Shown: positions 14,103-28,100 of the stretch, one piece after another | Layout of the letters: each line of letters begins with the position of its first letter | How positions within the stretch are numbered: the stretch's first letter is position 1 | Source of the DNA: Protoeuglena noctilucae | Lineage: Eukaryota | Direction of reading: 5' to 3' | Length of the DNA stretch: 64,000 nucleotides | NCBI GenBank assembly: GCA_958009085.1 | Contig: OY253674.1 | Coordinates: forward strand, 558,001 to 622,000 | Notes under the pieces: generated by a model | Told to the model about the DNA's origin: nothing | What the model saw: the letters and a program-made list of their open reading frames with translations, nothing else | The model's database searches: none | Position numbers and translations under genes: made by a program

Positions 14103-17100
14103 TCACTTGCGGGTGTCCTTGAGCGCCACCGTGCGGTTGAGCACCAGCCGCCCCATCTTCTCGGTATCCTCATCGACACTGCGGAACACACAAAGCACAC
14201 AGCTTGATCGCGGCTGGTCCGGTGCACGTGCAGCGGGGCGCGCGTCAGCGGCAGAGAGGCGGTGGGAACGACGCGATCGTTGCAGAGGCAGGTGGTTCCC
14301 GTGACGACTAACCGTCCCTCGCGCTCACCAGAAGTACCCCACACGCTCCAACTGGAACTTCTCGAGGACCTTGGCACTGGAGAGGATGGGCGGCACGAAG
14401 CCCTGCAGCCAGGGTGCCGTCACAGGCGTCAGGCACACGTGCGCCTGCACAGCTGTGTCAGACACGCCGCGCATGGCCATGCAGACATCCCCACCTGCTT
14501 GATCACGAGGCTGTTCGGGTTGACGTCCTCAATCCAGTTGTCCCCGAACGACATGGGGTCCTCGGATTTGAAAAGCACGTCGAAAAGGCGAAACTCGGCC
14601 GGCTGCGCGTGGGCCGCCGACACCCAGTGGATGATGCCCTTGGGAGGCTTGCCGTCGTAATCGATCAAGGCCTCCGCCTGCACCTCCACCACCGCGCCGT
14701 CACGCACCGTGCACCCCGTGCACTTGATGGCGAAGCCGTACCTGCGCGGGGCGCGCCACGCCACGTCCTGAGCACTCCAACGAGACTGGCAAGCGCTGCA
14801 CCAACCACGCCGCAACAAGCGTGGTGTCTCGAACGTCAGACATCACCTGAGCATGGCCATCTTGCCCGGCGCCAGGCCGTAGTAGCCCTTCTCGTCCACC
14901 TGGCGGAAGTCCGTGCACTCGATCCAAAGCTCCCTGGGGGCCGTGAAAACGGGGAATGATCGCTTGCGTCATGCAGTGTCATTTGGCCGTCCGGGCCACC
15001 CTGGCGGGCCAAGCCCCTCAACATACACACACGCCGTGGCGCACCCCAACACACAGCGACAAGTCACGCAGACCCAAGACCGCGCGGGTCCGCAGACACG
15101 GCAGCCACGCACCGCGTGATGGGCATGGTGTACGTGGACTCGTCATCGGCGCGGCCCGGGAAGTGCCGTGCCTCGACCGTGCGCGTGAAGTCGGCCGGAA
15201 GGTTGGTGAGGACCAGCTTCAGTGGGTCCTGCACCCCGAAGCGCCTCGGCGCGTGCTGCTCCAGGTCCGCACGGACGTAGTGCTCCAGCTTGTGCAGGTA
15301 CGCTGCGGGTGGATGACAGCGAGGGGTTGTCACCCGCCTCAGCCTATTGGGCTCCGGCCACCGCATGCAACGTCGAATTGCATCTGCGAGCCCCCGCCTC
15401 ACCCATGTTCTCGTTCCTGGAGAAGCCCATGTCCCGGCAGAAGTTGTTGATGCCCTGGGGCGTGTACCCCCGGCGCCGCATCCCGGCCAGCGTGGCCAGG
15501 CGCGGGTCCGTCCACCCCGACACGTACCCGCCGTACACGAGCTTCTGGAGGCGGCGCTTGGAGAGCACCACGTCCGTGATCTGCATCTTGGAGTACTCGT
15601 ATACCACCGGCTTGTACATGTCCAGGACCTGCAGATTGGCGTGGGGTGGCACGTTATGAGTCCACCACTTGTAGTGTCAGGCCTGTGGTCATCCCACTGT
15701 GGTCGCTGAAGCGTACGATGACAGCATAAGAAGCACTGCCACTCGCCTCCAGGAGCCAGTAGTAGGACGCGCGCCGTGACTCAAACTCGAGCGTGCAGAG
15801 CGAGTGCGTGATGTCCTCCAGGGAGTCGTTCAGGCAGTGGGTGAAGTCGTAGGAGGGGTAAATGCACCACTTGTCCCCAGCCTGCGTAAGGAGGGAGACG
15901 AGGGGACTCCTACTAGGGTCCTCAGCATACCGTTGAGTTTGGCCAGCGCCACCGTGCGCGGTGGCGAGGTCGGGAGGTCCACGTAAGGGCCTGGCAAGGG
16001 AGCCACGGCCCCAATGCCCGGCGCACGTCACGCGACGTATGAGCCGGCGCTGCGGCTCACCATGGGGTGGGGCATGTACTTGATGCGGTAGGCGATGAGG
16101 TCGAACATGTTGTAGTTCTCGTTCTTCACGTCCATCTTCATCCGCAGGCACACCTCGCCCTCGTTGTACATGCCCCGCCGCATGTCCTCGAACTTCCGCA
16201 AGTTCTCCTCCACTGCGCGCGCCGTGGCACCTCTTGCGTTGACGACACCGCAGTATCGACCGACACAGCCACGCTGACCCATGTACCATGCAAGCCCGCC
16301 GACCACGCCATTGTGACCCACCACGCTTGCAAGTGACCCTGCCACCCTGCCATGCCCCTCGTTATTAGCCCGTCATCAGCCCACGTCCACCCACCTGGCG
16401 TGTCCCTCCATGGTGACGCCTCCCGGCGCTCGCGGTACGCAGCGATGTCATCTGACGACAGGTGGCACACGTACGCCTTGCCAATCTTGATCAGCTTCAC
16501 CGCCAACTCGTAGAGCTCCTGGAAATAGTCCGACGCGTGCGTGATCTTCCACGGCTTCCACCCCATCCAGCTCACTGCGATCGACCAGAGGGCGCGTTTT
16601 CTCTCATGCCAAAGCCAGCAAGTGCATGAAGTGCAGCTGCGTGTTCGTGGCTCCCTGCGTTGTGTGTCATGCTGTCTTGCAAAACACGTCGTCCTAGCAG
16701 TTACCCTTAGATGCGCGTCGCCACATCGCAAGCCCACAGTCCTGCCAGCCCATGTGCCATCAGCCCAGAGCGACACAGGGTGCACCCCACATCTCTGAGC
16801 ATCCAACATGCGCCCTCACCGATGTCCTGGATGTGATCGATGAACTCCTGCTTCTCCGCCTCGGGGTTGGTGTCGTCGAACCGAAGGTAGCAGTGACCGT
16901 CGTACTGCTCCGACATCCCAAAGTCGATGAACATGGCCTTGGCGTGGCCGATGTGCAGGTACCCGTTCGGCTCCGGAGGGAAGCGCGTCATGTACCGCCC
17001 GCCCGTGCGCCGCAAGTGGCCCTCCAGCTGCTCGGGCGTGTTGACCACCCGCATCACCGACCCGTCTGAGAAGTTCACCGTCGTGTGCACCGCCGTGTTG

Positions 17101-18431
17101 TCCTCCGGCTTGGGCAGGAACGCGAACACGTCCACCTCCGCCTCAGGCTCCGCATCCGCCTTGGCAGCTGCCGCCGCCGGCCCCGGCCCCGCCCCAGGCG
17201 CGTCGCCGTTGGCGTCGTCCCCGCCCTTCTTCCCCTTGGCCTTCGGCTTCGGCTTCGACCGCGCCTCCTGGATCCTCGCCTCGTCCTCCGCCGTCTTGGG
17301 CCCCAGCAGCGCCAGCACCTGCGCCTCCAGTTCCGCCTTCACCTTGGCCCCCTCGGCGAACCGCAGCTTGGCCCCCACCTGCCCCAGCACAGGGTTCGTG
17401 TTGACCAGGTACCGCTCCTCCAACAGCTTCTCCCGCATCGCCCCGAGCGCCTCCGCCACCGCGGCCCGAATGTCCTCGTCCGTCACGACCACGCCGATGC
17501 CAGCCGCATCCCGGAAGCCGGCCTCGTCCAGCGGCTGCGAGTGAGAAGAAACAGCCTCGCAGCTCAGGTCCCTCGCTCGCACACACGACTCGAGGTGCTA
17601 TGTGATGGCGTGGGCGCTGCATCCAGGCTCGCCTTCCCTGCCGTCTTTTTCAGAAAAGACATGGCGCCCTCCAGCTGCGCGAGGGACGAGATCCCGCCGT
17701 CCATGATGTGCCCGAGGACCATCGGGCGGTGCGCGAGGGCCTGGCCGGGGAACTTGGTGGAGACATTGTAGAGCAGCACGCCCCTGCCCTTGTCACACCC
17801 GCCCTCGGCCCCCGCCTCCTTCACGACCGTCACCAGCGCATCACGGGTCTTCCGGTTCACCGCGACGTCCCTGCAAGGGGCATGGATGGAATAGAGCGAG
17901 TCCCGATGCCGACAGGGGCGAGCGCGCGGCGTAGCGGGGGCCTGGAGACGCGCACGAGGCGGGCACACGCGTGCGCTGCCAGCGCGGCGAGAGCGACGTC
18001 ATGGGCGCGTCAGAGCATCGCAGACGTTTCTACAGCATCGAATAGAGTAGCTGCGAGGTCGGGAGCGCACGTCGGCGTACGCAGCCCACGCTCAGCTTGC
18101 ACGCCTGGCGGGGTGGACAGCAGCGCGGCGAGCGGGGTGGTAAAACGGCACGCAGAGCTCCGCAACCGATGCAGGAGTGAGCCTAGATTACGATGCACCG
18201 CCCGCGCGAGCCGCGCGTGGGCCGACGCGAGCCCGTCGACAAACAGCAGCACGCAAGCGGCCTGAAAGCCGTCGACGGGCCTCCTTCGGCAGCGAGGAGC
18301 TGGCGGTCGATGCGTTGTTGCGAAAGTCATTTGCGGGCATCACCACCGACCGCTCACTTTGCGGTATTCTCCGCAAGGCCGATGCTCAAGAAGAGGGCCA
18401 CGGCGGCCCTCTCCTGCTCCTCCCTCGACAT
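14103..18431 (-). CDS. QARS: Glutaminyl-tRNA synthetase (cytosolic, eukaryotic N-terminal domain)
   Basis: [25 protein letters not shown] exon; [74 protein letters not shown] and [11 protein letters not shown]. Confidence 0.96.
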
Positions 18432-18825
18432 CCTCAGCAGCTAGCCATCGACCCTCGGTCCTAGCAGTCCAGATTTGACCACGGAGACCGCATCCGCGGC
18501 TCGGCGACCGAGGACGCTCTTGAACTGGCACGGCCCCGCGCCAGTAAACCGAGTGATCACCGGCGCCGCCATCGAGGCGCGCGGGCCCAATGGGCGCGGG
18601 AACGATATGTGCGAAGTCATCACGAAGGCAGGTGGTCCCGGCGTCTCCAGAAAGGCCCGGGTTGACTCTTTGGCGGCCTTCCGAGCAGCATCCCCTCGCC
18701 GCGCGCGACCATCCCCGCGGAACGGCGCCCCGTTTCAGCTGCGCTTGCAGTAGGGCCCGCTCGTAGCTGCAGCCGCTGAGATCGCCCTCGCCGACCTCGG
18801 CTGGTGACGCGGCCGCGGGCGAAGG
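18432..18825. promoter_or_regulatory. Probable bidirectional promoter between GlnRS and PheRS-beta
   Basis: Only 394 bp separate the divergent start codons; inferred from gene arrangement. Confidence 0.55.
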
Positions 18826-21618
18826 ATGCCGACCGTCCCTGTAAACCGGGACCTTCTCTTCGAGAAGCTCGGCCAGACGTTCAGTGAGTTCGACTGTCAA
18901 ATGTTGCGAGCTGATAGAAAACAGCCGCGCCCGATGCCGGAGCGGCGTGTCCCCAGCGGTTGCGTGTGCATCCCCGACCCCAACTGGCCTACCCCGGCGC
19001 TGAAGCCACGATAGAGGCCGCCTCGCCTGTGCTAGACGCACATACTGCACTACGTTTGTGAGGCATCAAGTAGCGTAGCGCTTAAGCATGGGATGGCGAA
19101 AGAAACGCATCTGTGCACGCGCCCCCGCAGGTGAGGCCGAATTCGATGAACTTTGCTTCGAGTATGGGATCGAGCTCGACGACGTCACGTCGGAGAAGCA
19201 AATGAAGCGCAAGGAGCTGGGGGAGGTCGACGCCGAGGTGAGAGTCGCTGCCCTTCGCTGTGGCTGCCCATACTCGCACCGCCACCCGCATACTGGGCTC
19301 CCGAGGACGTGACGAGTTCCCCTTGCAAACTCTGCAGGTGGACGAGGACGAGGAGATCATTTACAAGATCGACATCCCGGCCAACCGGTACGACATGCTG
19401 TGCGTGGAGGGCATCGCGCTCGCCCTCAACATCTTCCGCAAGAAGATGCCGCCGCCGACGTACAAGGTCTCTCCTCACCCCTCCGTCAAGATGACTGTCA
19501 AGCCGGAGACGGCCCTCGTGCGCCCCTTCGTCGTGTGCGCGGTGCTGCGTGGGGTGACCTTCACCAAGGAGCGGTACGACTCGTTCATCGACCTCCAGGA
19601 CAAGCTGCACCAGAACCTCTGGTGCGCGCTGCTTGCCCTGCCGCGCCGCGCCTGGCCCAGTGCTCTGTGCCAGTCTGTTTCCGGGCCTGTCTCTTGGCGC
19701 TCCGCTGGCGGTGGAGGTGGTGGAGCAGGCTCCCTGCAATACAAGTCGCCTCCACCACCTTTCCAAGTGGCCATTTGAGAGAATCGTGATTGCTACTCAT
19801 GCTCGCAGTCGCCAGCGCACGCTCGTGGCCATTGGGACGCACGACTTGGACACGATCGAGGGTCCCTTCACGTACGAGGCACTGCCGCCCGAGGAGATCC
19901 GCTTCGTGCCCCTGAAGCAGACGAGGGAGTTCAACGCGCGGGAGGTACTCGAGCACTACGACGCCCACGACCTGAAGCTCAGGCGAGGGGCACGCGGGGG
20001 CTGTAAGGCAGAGTGCGAGCTCGCGACTGTGGCCATGCATGGTGCCCTCGGCTCCTGACGCCGCCTCGTCGTCCCTCGCGTTTGCAGGAAGTACACGGGC
20101 ATCATCAAGAGCTCGCAGGTGTACCCCGTGATCTTCGACGCGCGCCGCCGTGTGCTGTCCCTCCCGCCCGTGATCAACGGGGCCCACTCGGCCCTGACGC
20201 TCTCCACGCGCAACGTGTTCGTCGAGTGCACCGCGACGGACCTCCACAAGGCGCAGGTCGTGCTCAACACGGTCGTCTGCATGTTCTCCGAGTACTGTGC
20301 GGCGCCCTTCACGATCGAGCCCGTCGATGTCACGGACGCCTTTGGGGAGACGCGGACGTACCCCGACCTGTCGCCGAAGGAGTTCAGCGTCGCGTCGTCC
20401 TTCGTCAACAATTTCGTGGGCGTGAACCTCTCGGCCGAGCGCCAGGCGGACCTCCTGACGCGCATGCAGCTGGAGGCCACGGTAGTGCCCGGGACGGAGC
20501 AGATCCACGTGCGCGTGCCGCCCACGCGCTCCGACATCCTGCACCCCGTGGACGTCGCGGAGGACGTGGCCATCGCGTTCGGCTTCAACAACATCGCACG
20601 GTCCGTCCCGCCCACCGTGACGGTGGCCAAGGAGCTGCCCCTCAACCAGCTGACCGAGCTCCTGCGCATCGAGTGCGCGAGCGCGGGCTACACGGAGATC
20701 CTCACGTGGGCGCTGTGCTCGCGGCTGGAGAACTTTGACTTCATGCGCCGCAAGGTGCGCCAGGGACCGCACTTGGCTAGGGCGCTTTGCTCGGGATGCT
20801 GCTCAGGATCGGTTGCATGCAGATGCAGGAAGTGCAAATGCCTGTGCAGCATGCATGAAGGGAGTGCAAGTCCACAGTGCTGCGGCGGCCCAGATGCCTC
20901 ACTCCCGCTCGCTCTCGACTGCCCCCAGGATGACGGCAAGACGGCCGTGTCGATCGGCAACCCGGCCACCTCGGAGTTCCAGATCGTCCGCACGCACTTG
21001 CTGCCCGCCGCCCTCAAGACCCTGGGGGCCAACAAGTCCGCACCCATCCCTGTCAAGTTCTTCGAGATTTCCGGTGACGGGCTGGGTGCTGCTGTGCCCG
21101 CGCTGATGAGAGAGAGCGTGCAATGTTTGCTGGTGTTGCGCTGATCAGAGAGAACGTGCAACGTCCGCACCGCTGCTCGCTGCTTGAGTGGCTGTTGTGC
21201 GTGTCGCGCAGACGTGATGTGCCTGACGGACGAGCGCAAGGTGGGGGCCAAGAACGAGCGTCACCTGGTCGCCGTGTGCGCGTCGTCCTCGGCCGGGTTT
21301 GAGGTCATCCACGGCTTCCTCAACCGCATCATGGAGGTGCTGGGTGTACCGTGCAGCCACCCTTGCGCGGGGGAGGCGCCCTCGGACCGCTTCGGGTCCT
21401 ACACGTGGGAGCAGGCGCCGGCGGACGAGACGAGCGCCTCGCCGTTCTTTGAGGGGAGGCACGGCCGCGTGCTGCACACCACGCGCGAGGGCCGCACGGT
21501 GCCCGTGGGCGACTTCGGGGTCGTGCACCCGGAGGTGCTGGAGAAGTTCGACATCATCGTCCCCGTCAGCGCCCTCGAGATCAACATCGAGCCCTTCTGC
21601 CGGGACCAGTACGGGTGA
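18826..21618 (+). CDS. FARSB: Phenylalanyl-tRNA synthetase beta subunit (cytosolic)
   Basis: [86 protein letters not shown] and GVVHPEVL. Confidence 0.96.
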
Positions 21619-22163
21619 GGCGCCCGCTGTGTGGGACGGGCGTATGCAGGGAGCCGAGATGTGCCGCAACTGCGGTGTGGGCCCAGACAGCATGAGAGAG
21701 CATCAGAAAGAGCATGAATGTATGCTTTCCTGTCGCCTTCACACAGGAACGACTTGCTGGTTTCGTGGAAGTGATGGCGATGGAGTTGAGCGCTGGCAAG
21801 GTTCGCTTCCCGACCTCTGCTCTGCGTCATGTTTCAACCGCGGCGGGCGCTATGTGGCGGCTGCAAGCGAATGGCGTTGTGTGACGGCGCGTTGTCGTGT
21901 CATCTCGCTGCCTTCCGCTGCAGCTTCTCCATGAAGTCCCAAATTGGCATGGCGCCTGCTCCACCAATCACCATGAGCCGGCCGTTGGTGGACCGCACCG
22001 TCCCCAGCTTGCCGTTGAATTTGAACCGTGGACCGCTGACCTTCCTGCGACGACGGAGGCGGCGCACCGTTCTCAACACGCGATGCAGGCCCAGGCGCTG
22101 TCAGAGTCCCCGAGCATCGCATGGCACCACCCCATGCAGCACACAGCCCCACAGGCCGCGCCC

Positions 22164-25100
22164 TCACGAGACATCGAGGTCGACTCCGTGCGACCGCAAG
22201 GACAGCACCACGGCGGCCATCGCGGCGTCGATCGCAGCCTCAGTGTTCTCCCGCGCAGACGACGACGTGTCCATGGCGACGGCGATGCGGCGGTCCAACG
22301 CGGCCCCTCCCGCGCCACGCTCCGCGGCCGCCTTGGCACGCTGGAACGCCCCGTCGCCTACATAGGTCCGCTCGGCCACGCGAGCCGCCGCTGCACCGGG
22401 GCGCTGCGCGGGGCGACTGCGCGCCGAGCCCGGCGCGTTGCCCGACTCCGCCCGCGCGCTCGACTGGCTGCGCGCCACCGGACCCGCCTCCATCGCTTGG
22501 GGATACCCCTGTCGCTGCCCCATGGCCTGTGGGGGGGACGGTAGACATCACAATCTGCGGCGTTTGCTCATCTACCCTATCTCTGGGATGGCTCACGTCG
22601 CATACTCTCAGCCCAAGTCATTCGCCTCAGCACCCGGCCTCACCTCGAACACTCCTGGGCTCTGCCTCCCAGGGACCGCCCCGAATTGCGACGCCGCCTC
22701 GTAGATGGGATGACCGAAGAGGGAGTCGTCCCGGGCGTAGTTCCCAAGCCCCAGGGACCCCGTGCTCGCGTCTGCACGGGCGTGGGAAAGACACGGCAAC
22801 AATCGAGCGTCAGGAGCGACAGATGCGCATCTGCCGACATGGTGGCAACGCCCCAGTGCTAGACCATGTGCTGGTGGCCAGGAGCTATACACCAGCTCAC
22901 CTGACAGGTGCGAGTTGGTCTTCTGAGGGACGCCGCCGTAGCTGTCCCTGACACTGTTGGCCTCGTCTCCGCGCGTGGCGCTCGCCCGCATCATCTCCGC
23001 GATTGCGCTGCCCATGACCGCCCGCATGCTCCGGGAATGCACCAGCGCGGCCCGCCCACCGCTGGGCTGGTTTCCATACTCGTTCCCACCACCACTCAGC
23101 GCCTGCTGCGCCTTGATGTCCGCAGCCACGCTCATCCCGTTGCCCACAACAGGGTCACCGGGCGCCGGCTGCGTATCTCTGCGATCGAGCAAAATCGCCG
23201 GGTTTGCTAGATCCCTCACGGGCGCCTCGTGCCTTCTAGCTCTGCCGGGGCAGCCAGGGTCCCAGCCTGAGGCAGCACGGGGGTCCAATGTCGAGCCCCT
23301 GAGGTCACCTGAGGAGCTTGTTCTCCATTTCCAGGAAGCTGACTTTGGTGGCGAGCTCGTCCGCGGCGTCCTTGGCCGCCATGGCCTGCTTCGTCGCCTC
23401 CGCCGCCCGACGGTCCGCGATGGTCGCACGGCTCTCGGCACCCTCCAGCTTGCGGTACAGCTCCTGCACCTTGGCCTCGTCCTGCGCGAGCGGAGAGCAA
23501 TCGCGTTCATCTCATCGGGACTATCGCTGTCCGGGCGGTTGACAAAGCCGGGCCCCTGCACAGGGAGCAGTGCCGTGCGCGTTCCCCAGGCCCCTGCGCG
23601 CGCGGAGCCTCGCCTGCGCCGCTCTCCGCGCCGCGGACTCCTCCCGGGCCTTCCCCTGCGCCATTTGCGTGCGGAAGACCTCCACCTGCCGCCGCGCTTC
23701 CTCCAAAGCCATCCGCGCCTGCCTGGCGTCCTCCTCAGCCACGTGCTCGCGCCGGTTCGCCTCCTCCAGGTCCCGCGCCGCTGCGATGAAATCGAGCAGG
23801 ATCAATTGTTTACACAGAATCTTCAGTAACGGCGCGAGGCCTGTATGATCTCCGCATGACAGGAAGGCTGTTGGGGAGAGATGTGCGCCGCGGACCCCTC
23901 GCCTGCTTCCAGCGACCCCTGGAGGTCCGAGACGTTCTTCATGACGGCCGCGATGGTCCCGAGGCGCTTCTTGGACTCCCCCAGGGCCTTGGACAGGCCA
24001 CGTACCCCGCGCTCCAACGTCGCCCACGTCTCCGCAGAGGCGCGTACCTCCCCGGAGTCGCCCCGCATCTCCGGGACGTACTTGGCCAGCCTGCGAAGAG
24101 CGGGGCTGTCGCAAATGACCGCGCAGGCGCAGACTAGCGCTGGATGCGTGCTTGACTGGAGCAATGGGGCAGAGCACGGGGGCCCATGACATGTTGATCG
24201 TCACCGCACCTGGACAGATAGTCGGGGAGGTTGGGCGGGAGCAGCCCCGCGGTGTTGTCAAGATTCTCCCCCGGGACGTACTGGCTCAGGCGGGCGTACA
24301 TGCCGTGCGCGGCCGACACCGCCGTCTTGTGCAGGGCGTGGGCCAGTCGGTGCCCCATCGGCTCCACCAGCGCCCCGAACGCCGCGTCCACCATCTGATG
24401 CCTCTCTGCGAGTCACACACCGAGCGCAGCACTTCATCGAGCCTTCGCAAATTCTGGCTGCCGTCCAGCAGACGCTGGTTGCTACGTCCGCTCGCTTGCA
24501 GCTTGCCAACGCGACGGTGCAGCCTCGCCTTCCAGCCCACCCAGGGCGCCCCGCCCCCGCCTGTCGTCGAAGTCGTCAAACAGCGACGTGCTGGCGTCCT
24601 CGAACAGCACTTTCAGGGCTTGCAGGAGGTTGCTGACCATCTTCTGGAAGAGAGGCGTCATCTCCCTCTGCGAACGCGCAAGCGCAATGAAAGCATGAGG
24701 CACAGCACATGGCCCCAAACATGTGACGCACTCCTTCCTGCCACAGAAGGCGTCTCCCTCGCGCGTACCACGCCCATCGCGCAGCCCCAGGTGAAAAGCG
24801 AGGTGAGCTCTCCATCCCCAGCCCCAGGCGAGCCCTCTCTCACCAGCATCGCCTCCAGCTCAGCCGCCGCCACATCGTGCATGGCCTCGGGGCGCGGTTC
24901 GCTCGGAGACTCCTCAGGCGGCCTCGCGGCTGCAGCTGGGCCGTCCTCTGCGGCGGCCGCCACCGGGCTCTTGGATTCCTTCCGTGGCGTCGCAGTCAGG
25001 GAGAATGCCGACCGAATGGGCGCCTGCGCAGACGCTTGGCCGGACGGAGGGCCTGGCGATGGCCTGGCTGACTCCGCATGGGCGGGCGTCGTCACGTCAG

Positions 25101-28100
25101 GCGGCGACCCCGCTTGCGGTGCTGCTGGGGCCGGTGCGGCTGCAGCGGGGTCCTGCTGCGGGGACGCCTGCGCGTCGGGCTGCGACGGCTGCGCGGCCGC
25201 GTCCTGTGCCCCAGCCGGAGCGGCGGTGGAGGGACCAGGGGCCTCTGCGTGAGTCGTCGCCACGTCCGCCGCTGCCGATTCGAACACTGGGTTGGGCGTC
25301 AGTGCCGGCGGCTGCCCCCTCGCGCTCGACACCGCGCTCCTCGGGGAGTCCGGGAGAGAGGAGAAGTCCTCGTCCTCGTTGTCGTGTGCAGGTGCGGTCG
25401 TGACCCTCTGGCTGCCGGGCGCAAGGTTTGCTGCCGCCCCATCCTGTGCAGCCGGGAGCGTCGTGGTCGGCGGGGCTCCCTGTGCGAGCGCAGCGGCCGG
25501 CTCTCCGCCCGCGCCATCAGCAACCACCGTTTGCGCCGCGCCAGTCGTCGCTGGTGCTGCGCCCTCCGCCGCGGCCTTGCTCATCACGGCGCGCACGATG
25601 GTCTCGAGCCGCTGCTCCGCGTACCGCTCCACCGCCGCCTCGAGCAGCTCCCGCGCGCGAGAATGGCCCAGCATGCCTTCCAGCTCCCGGAAAGGGTCCC
25701 GCTCCCGGTCCTCCCCGCCCCTCTCAGGCCCCACCTCCCCGTGCTCCCTACCCTCGCCGTCCTCCTCGCCTCTCGACCACGCTGCGCCCGAAGCGTCCAC
25801 GCGCGGCCAGGACTGCGCCAGCCGCGACGGCTGGTGCGGGTGCGGGGGCTCGTGGGCACTCTGGCTGGCGGAGGAGCTGGCCATCTCCGCGCCCGAGTCA
25901 GCTCGGGAGGCGTCGCGGTGGCGGAAGCCCAGGGACACGGTGCTGGAGGGAGAGGCGGACTCAGCGGCGGTCGAGATCACGTGCCTCGCCAGGCTGGCCG
26001 GGACCAGCGCTGGGGAGTCCAGTGGGACCGAGTGGTGCGACAGAAGCGCGTCCATCGCCTGCTGCTGCGCCACCACGGCGTCGCAGAAGGCCACCAGCGC
26101 CGGCGCCGCGGGCGACACGGTCGCCAGCTCGTGGCCCACGTCCGCGGAGCTGAGGCGGTCCAGCACGCGCAGCGTCGCGTCCTGCGGCACACGGTCAAAG
26201 CGCGCGGGAGTTCGCGTGCGCCATCGCAGAGTTCGCGCAACGGCGCCGCGAGCGCAACTGCCCGGCCCGCACCCCGCAGGGAAGGTGGTAATGCGCCTCC
26301 CGAAGGGCGAGGCCTCCGGGCATCGACCCAGGGTCCGCGAGCCACCCCATCCACTGCCTGCGGTCACCGACACGCGAGGCGCTTGGTCCAAGGACGCCCC
26401 GGCATGCGCCATGGGCGGCGACACGTGACTTCTGTCGCCACACTCACCACATACGGGCCGAGTCCCGCAGCAGCCATGCGAACGACTTGCCGTGGTTCCC
26501 GGCGTCAATGAGCGCCAGGAGCATCTGGTCGTCACGCCCGGGCCCCGGCTTCTGCCGTGCGGCGCCCCTGCCCGGCCGCTGCGCGTAGTACATCGCCACC
26601 TCTGCCGGCGGCTGCTCCACCAGGGGACGCACGAGGCTCAGCAGGAGGCCCAGCAGGGCGTCGACGGAGGAGCTCGAGGACGCGATGAGGTCGACGAGGC
26701 GGCTCTCGCTCATCTGCACCTCGGACAGCGCCACCTGGGCTCGGTTGATGGCACCCTCCAGGTCCACGGCCTCGTCGGCCTCATCGCCGCCCTCTCCGGG
26801 GCTCCCGGGGTACGGCGCCCTTCCCTGCGCGGTGAGGTCAGCGCGGTGGTCAAAGCATGCGACGAGGCTTCTGCCACCGGGATGGCGGCGACGCACAGCG
26901 AGAGCGGCGCTGCTGAAGGTGGGGGCGCACCTGGTCCCCCGTATCTGTTGGCTGCTCCTCTGGGATCGTCGTGATGGACAGGCGTGCGGAGTGGGAGGCG
27001 GACGCGTCCGCGTCGCTCCCAGCATCCCGGGCAACACGCGCGTGCCTGCGAGCCGAGAAAGGGCGACGTACATTGCTACGCCGCCAGCACCACGGTGCAG
27101 CCAGGAGTGGTGCATGCATCTGCACGCTTGAGAAGGTGCGGCTTACCTGGGGAGCTCCTGGGTCGGCTGAGACGAGGCTTCGGTCTTCGATGGAGACTCC
27201 ATATCCATCGCATGCAACATGGGATGCTCAAACACGGGACCTGTGGACGGTTGAAACCCAGAAAAGTCTGAGCTCCCGCCTGGGCCCTCCTTCGGGCCCG
27301 TGCTGGGTGCGTCGCTTTCCGCGGGGTCCGGCTGCGGGGCTGCTCCGGGCTGGCTGGGCGCAGCGGACTCGGCAGGTGCGCCGCTCGCGCTGTCCAGATG
27401 CATCGAGAACGCCATGTCCGAAAAGGTCGGGTTGCGCTCGGGAGTCCCGTGTGCCGCGGGTCGGCGGTCGATTTCGTCAGCGAAACTCCCGCGGCTGCTG
27501 GAGACCTGGGAGCTGCGGGGCGACCGCACTGGGGCGGCCCCGTGGGCACGCGATGTGGCTGGGGTCGCTCGGGAGCCGCCCGTCTCGTCGTCGGCCTGCG
27601 ATCCCGTCACATCGGGGGCCTGCCACCTGCCCTGAGCCGCGGGCCTCTTGCGGGCACGCTCCACCGGGGTGTCGTCTGGGGAAGGCGTGTGGGGCGCCGG
27701 GGAGCTGGGCGACGTCTTGAACTCCCGCGAAAGGTCCGGACGATTCTGCAAACGCCCCAAGCTGGCGTGACGTGGCGACAGGGACGCTGAGCTCGGCGCC
27801 GGGGAAGAGGGGGCGCCCTGCAGGGCACATTGATGGGTGGGTCGCGCGGATTGGGGCACTGCAGAGCGCGCGGGGCGGACCTCGCAACGCTCGAGGACGC
27901 ACCTGGTCCCGGGGACTGGCAAACGTATCGTGCGGACGATTTGTGGGCTCCCGGGACCCCACGAGCTTGGGCCCAGACGAGTGTGGGACCGGGACGAGGC
28001 TGCGGAGGTGAGGGAGGAGTTGCGAGGCTGGTGATGAGGCGTTCGTGGCTCATGGATGTCTATGCAAGCCTCCGTCATGTCATCGGGCTCCAAAGATGCC

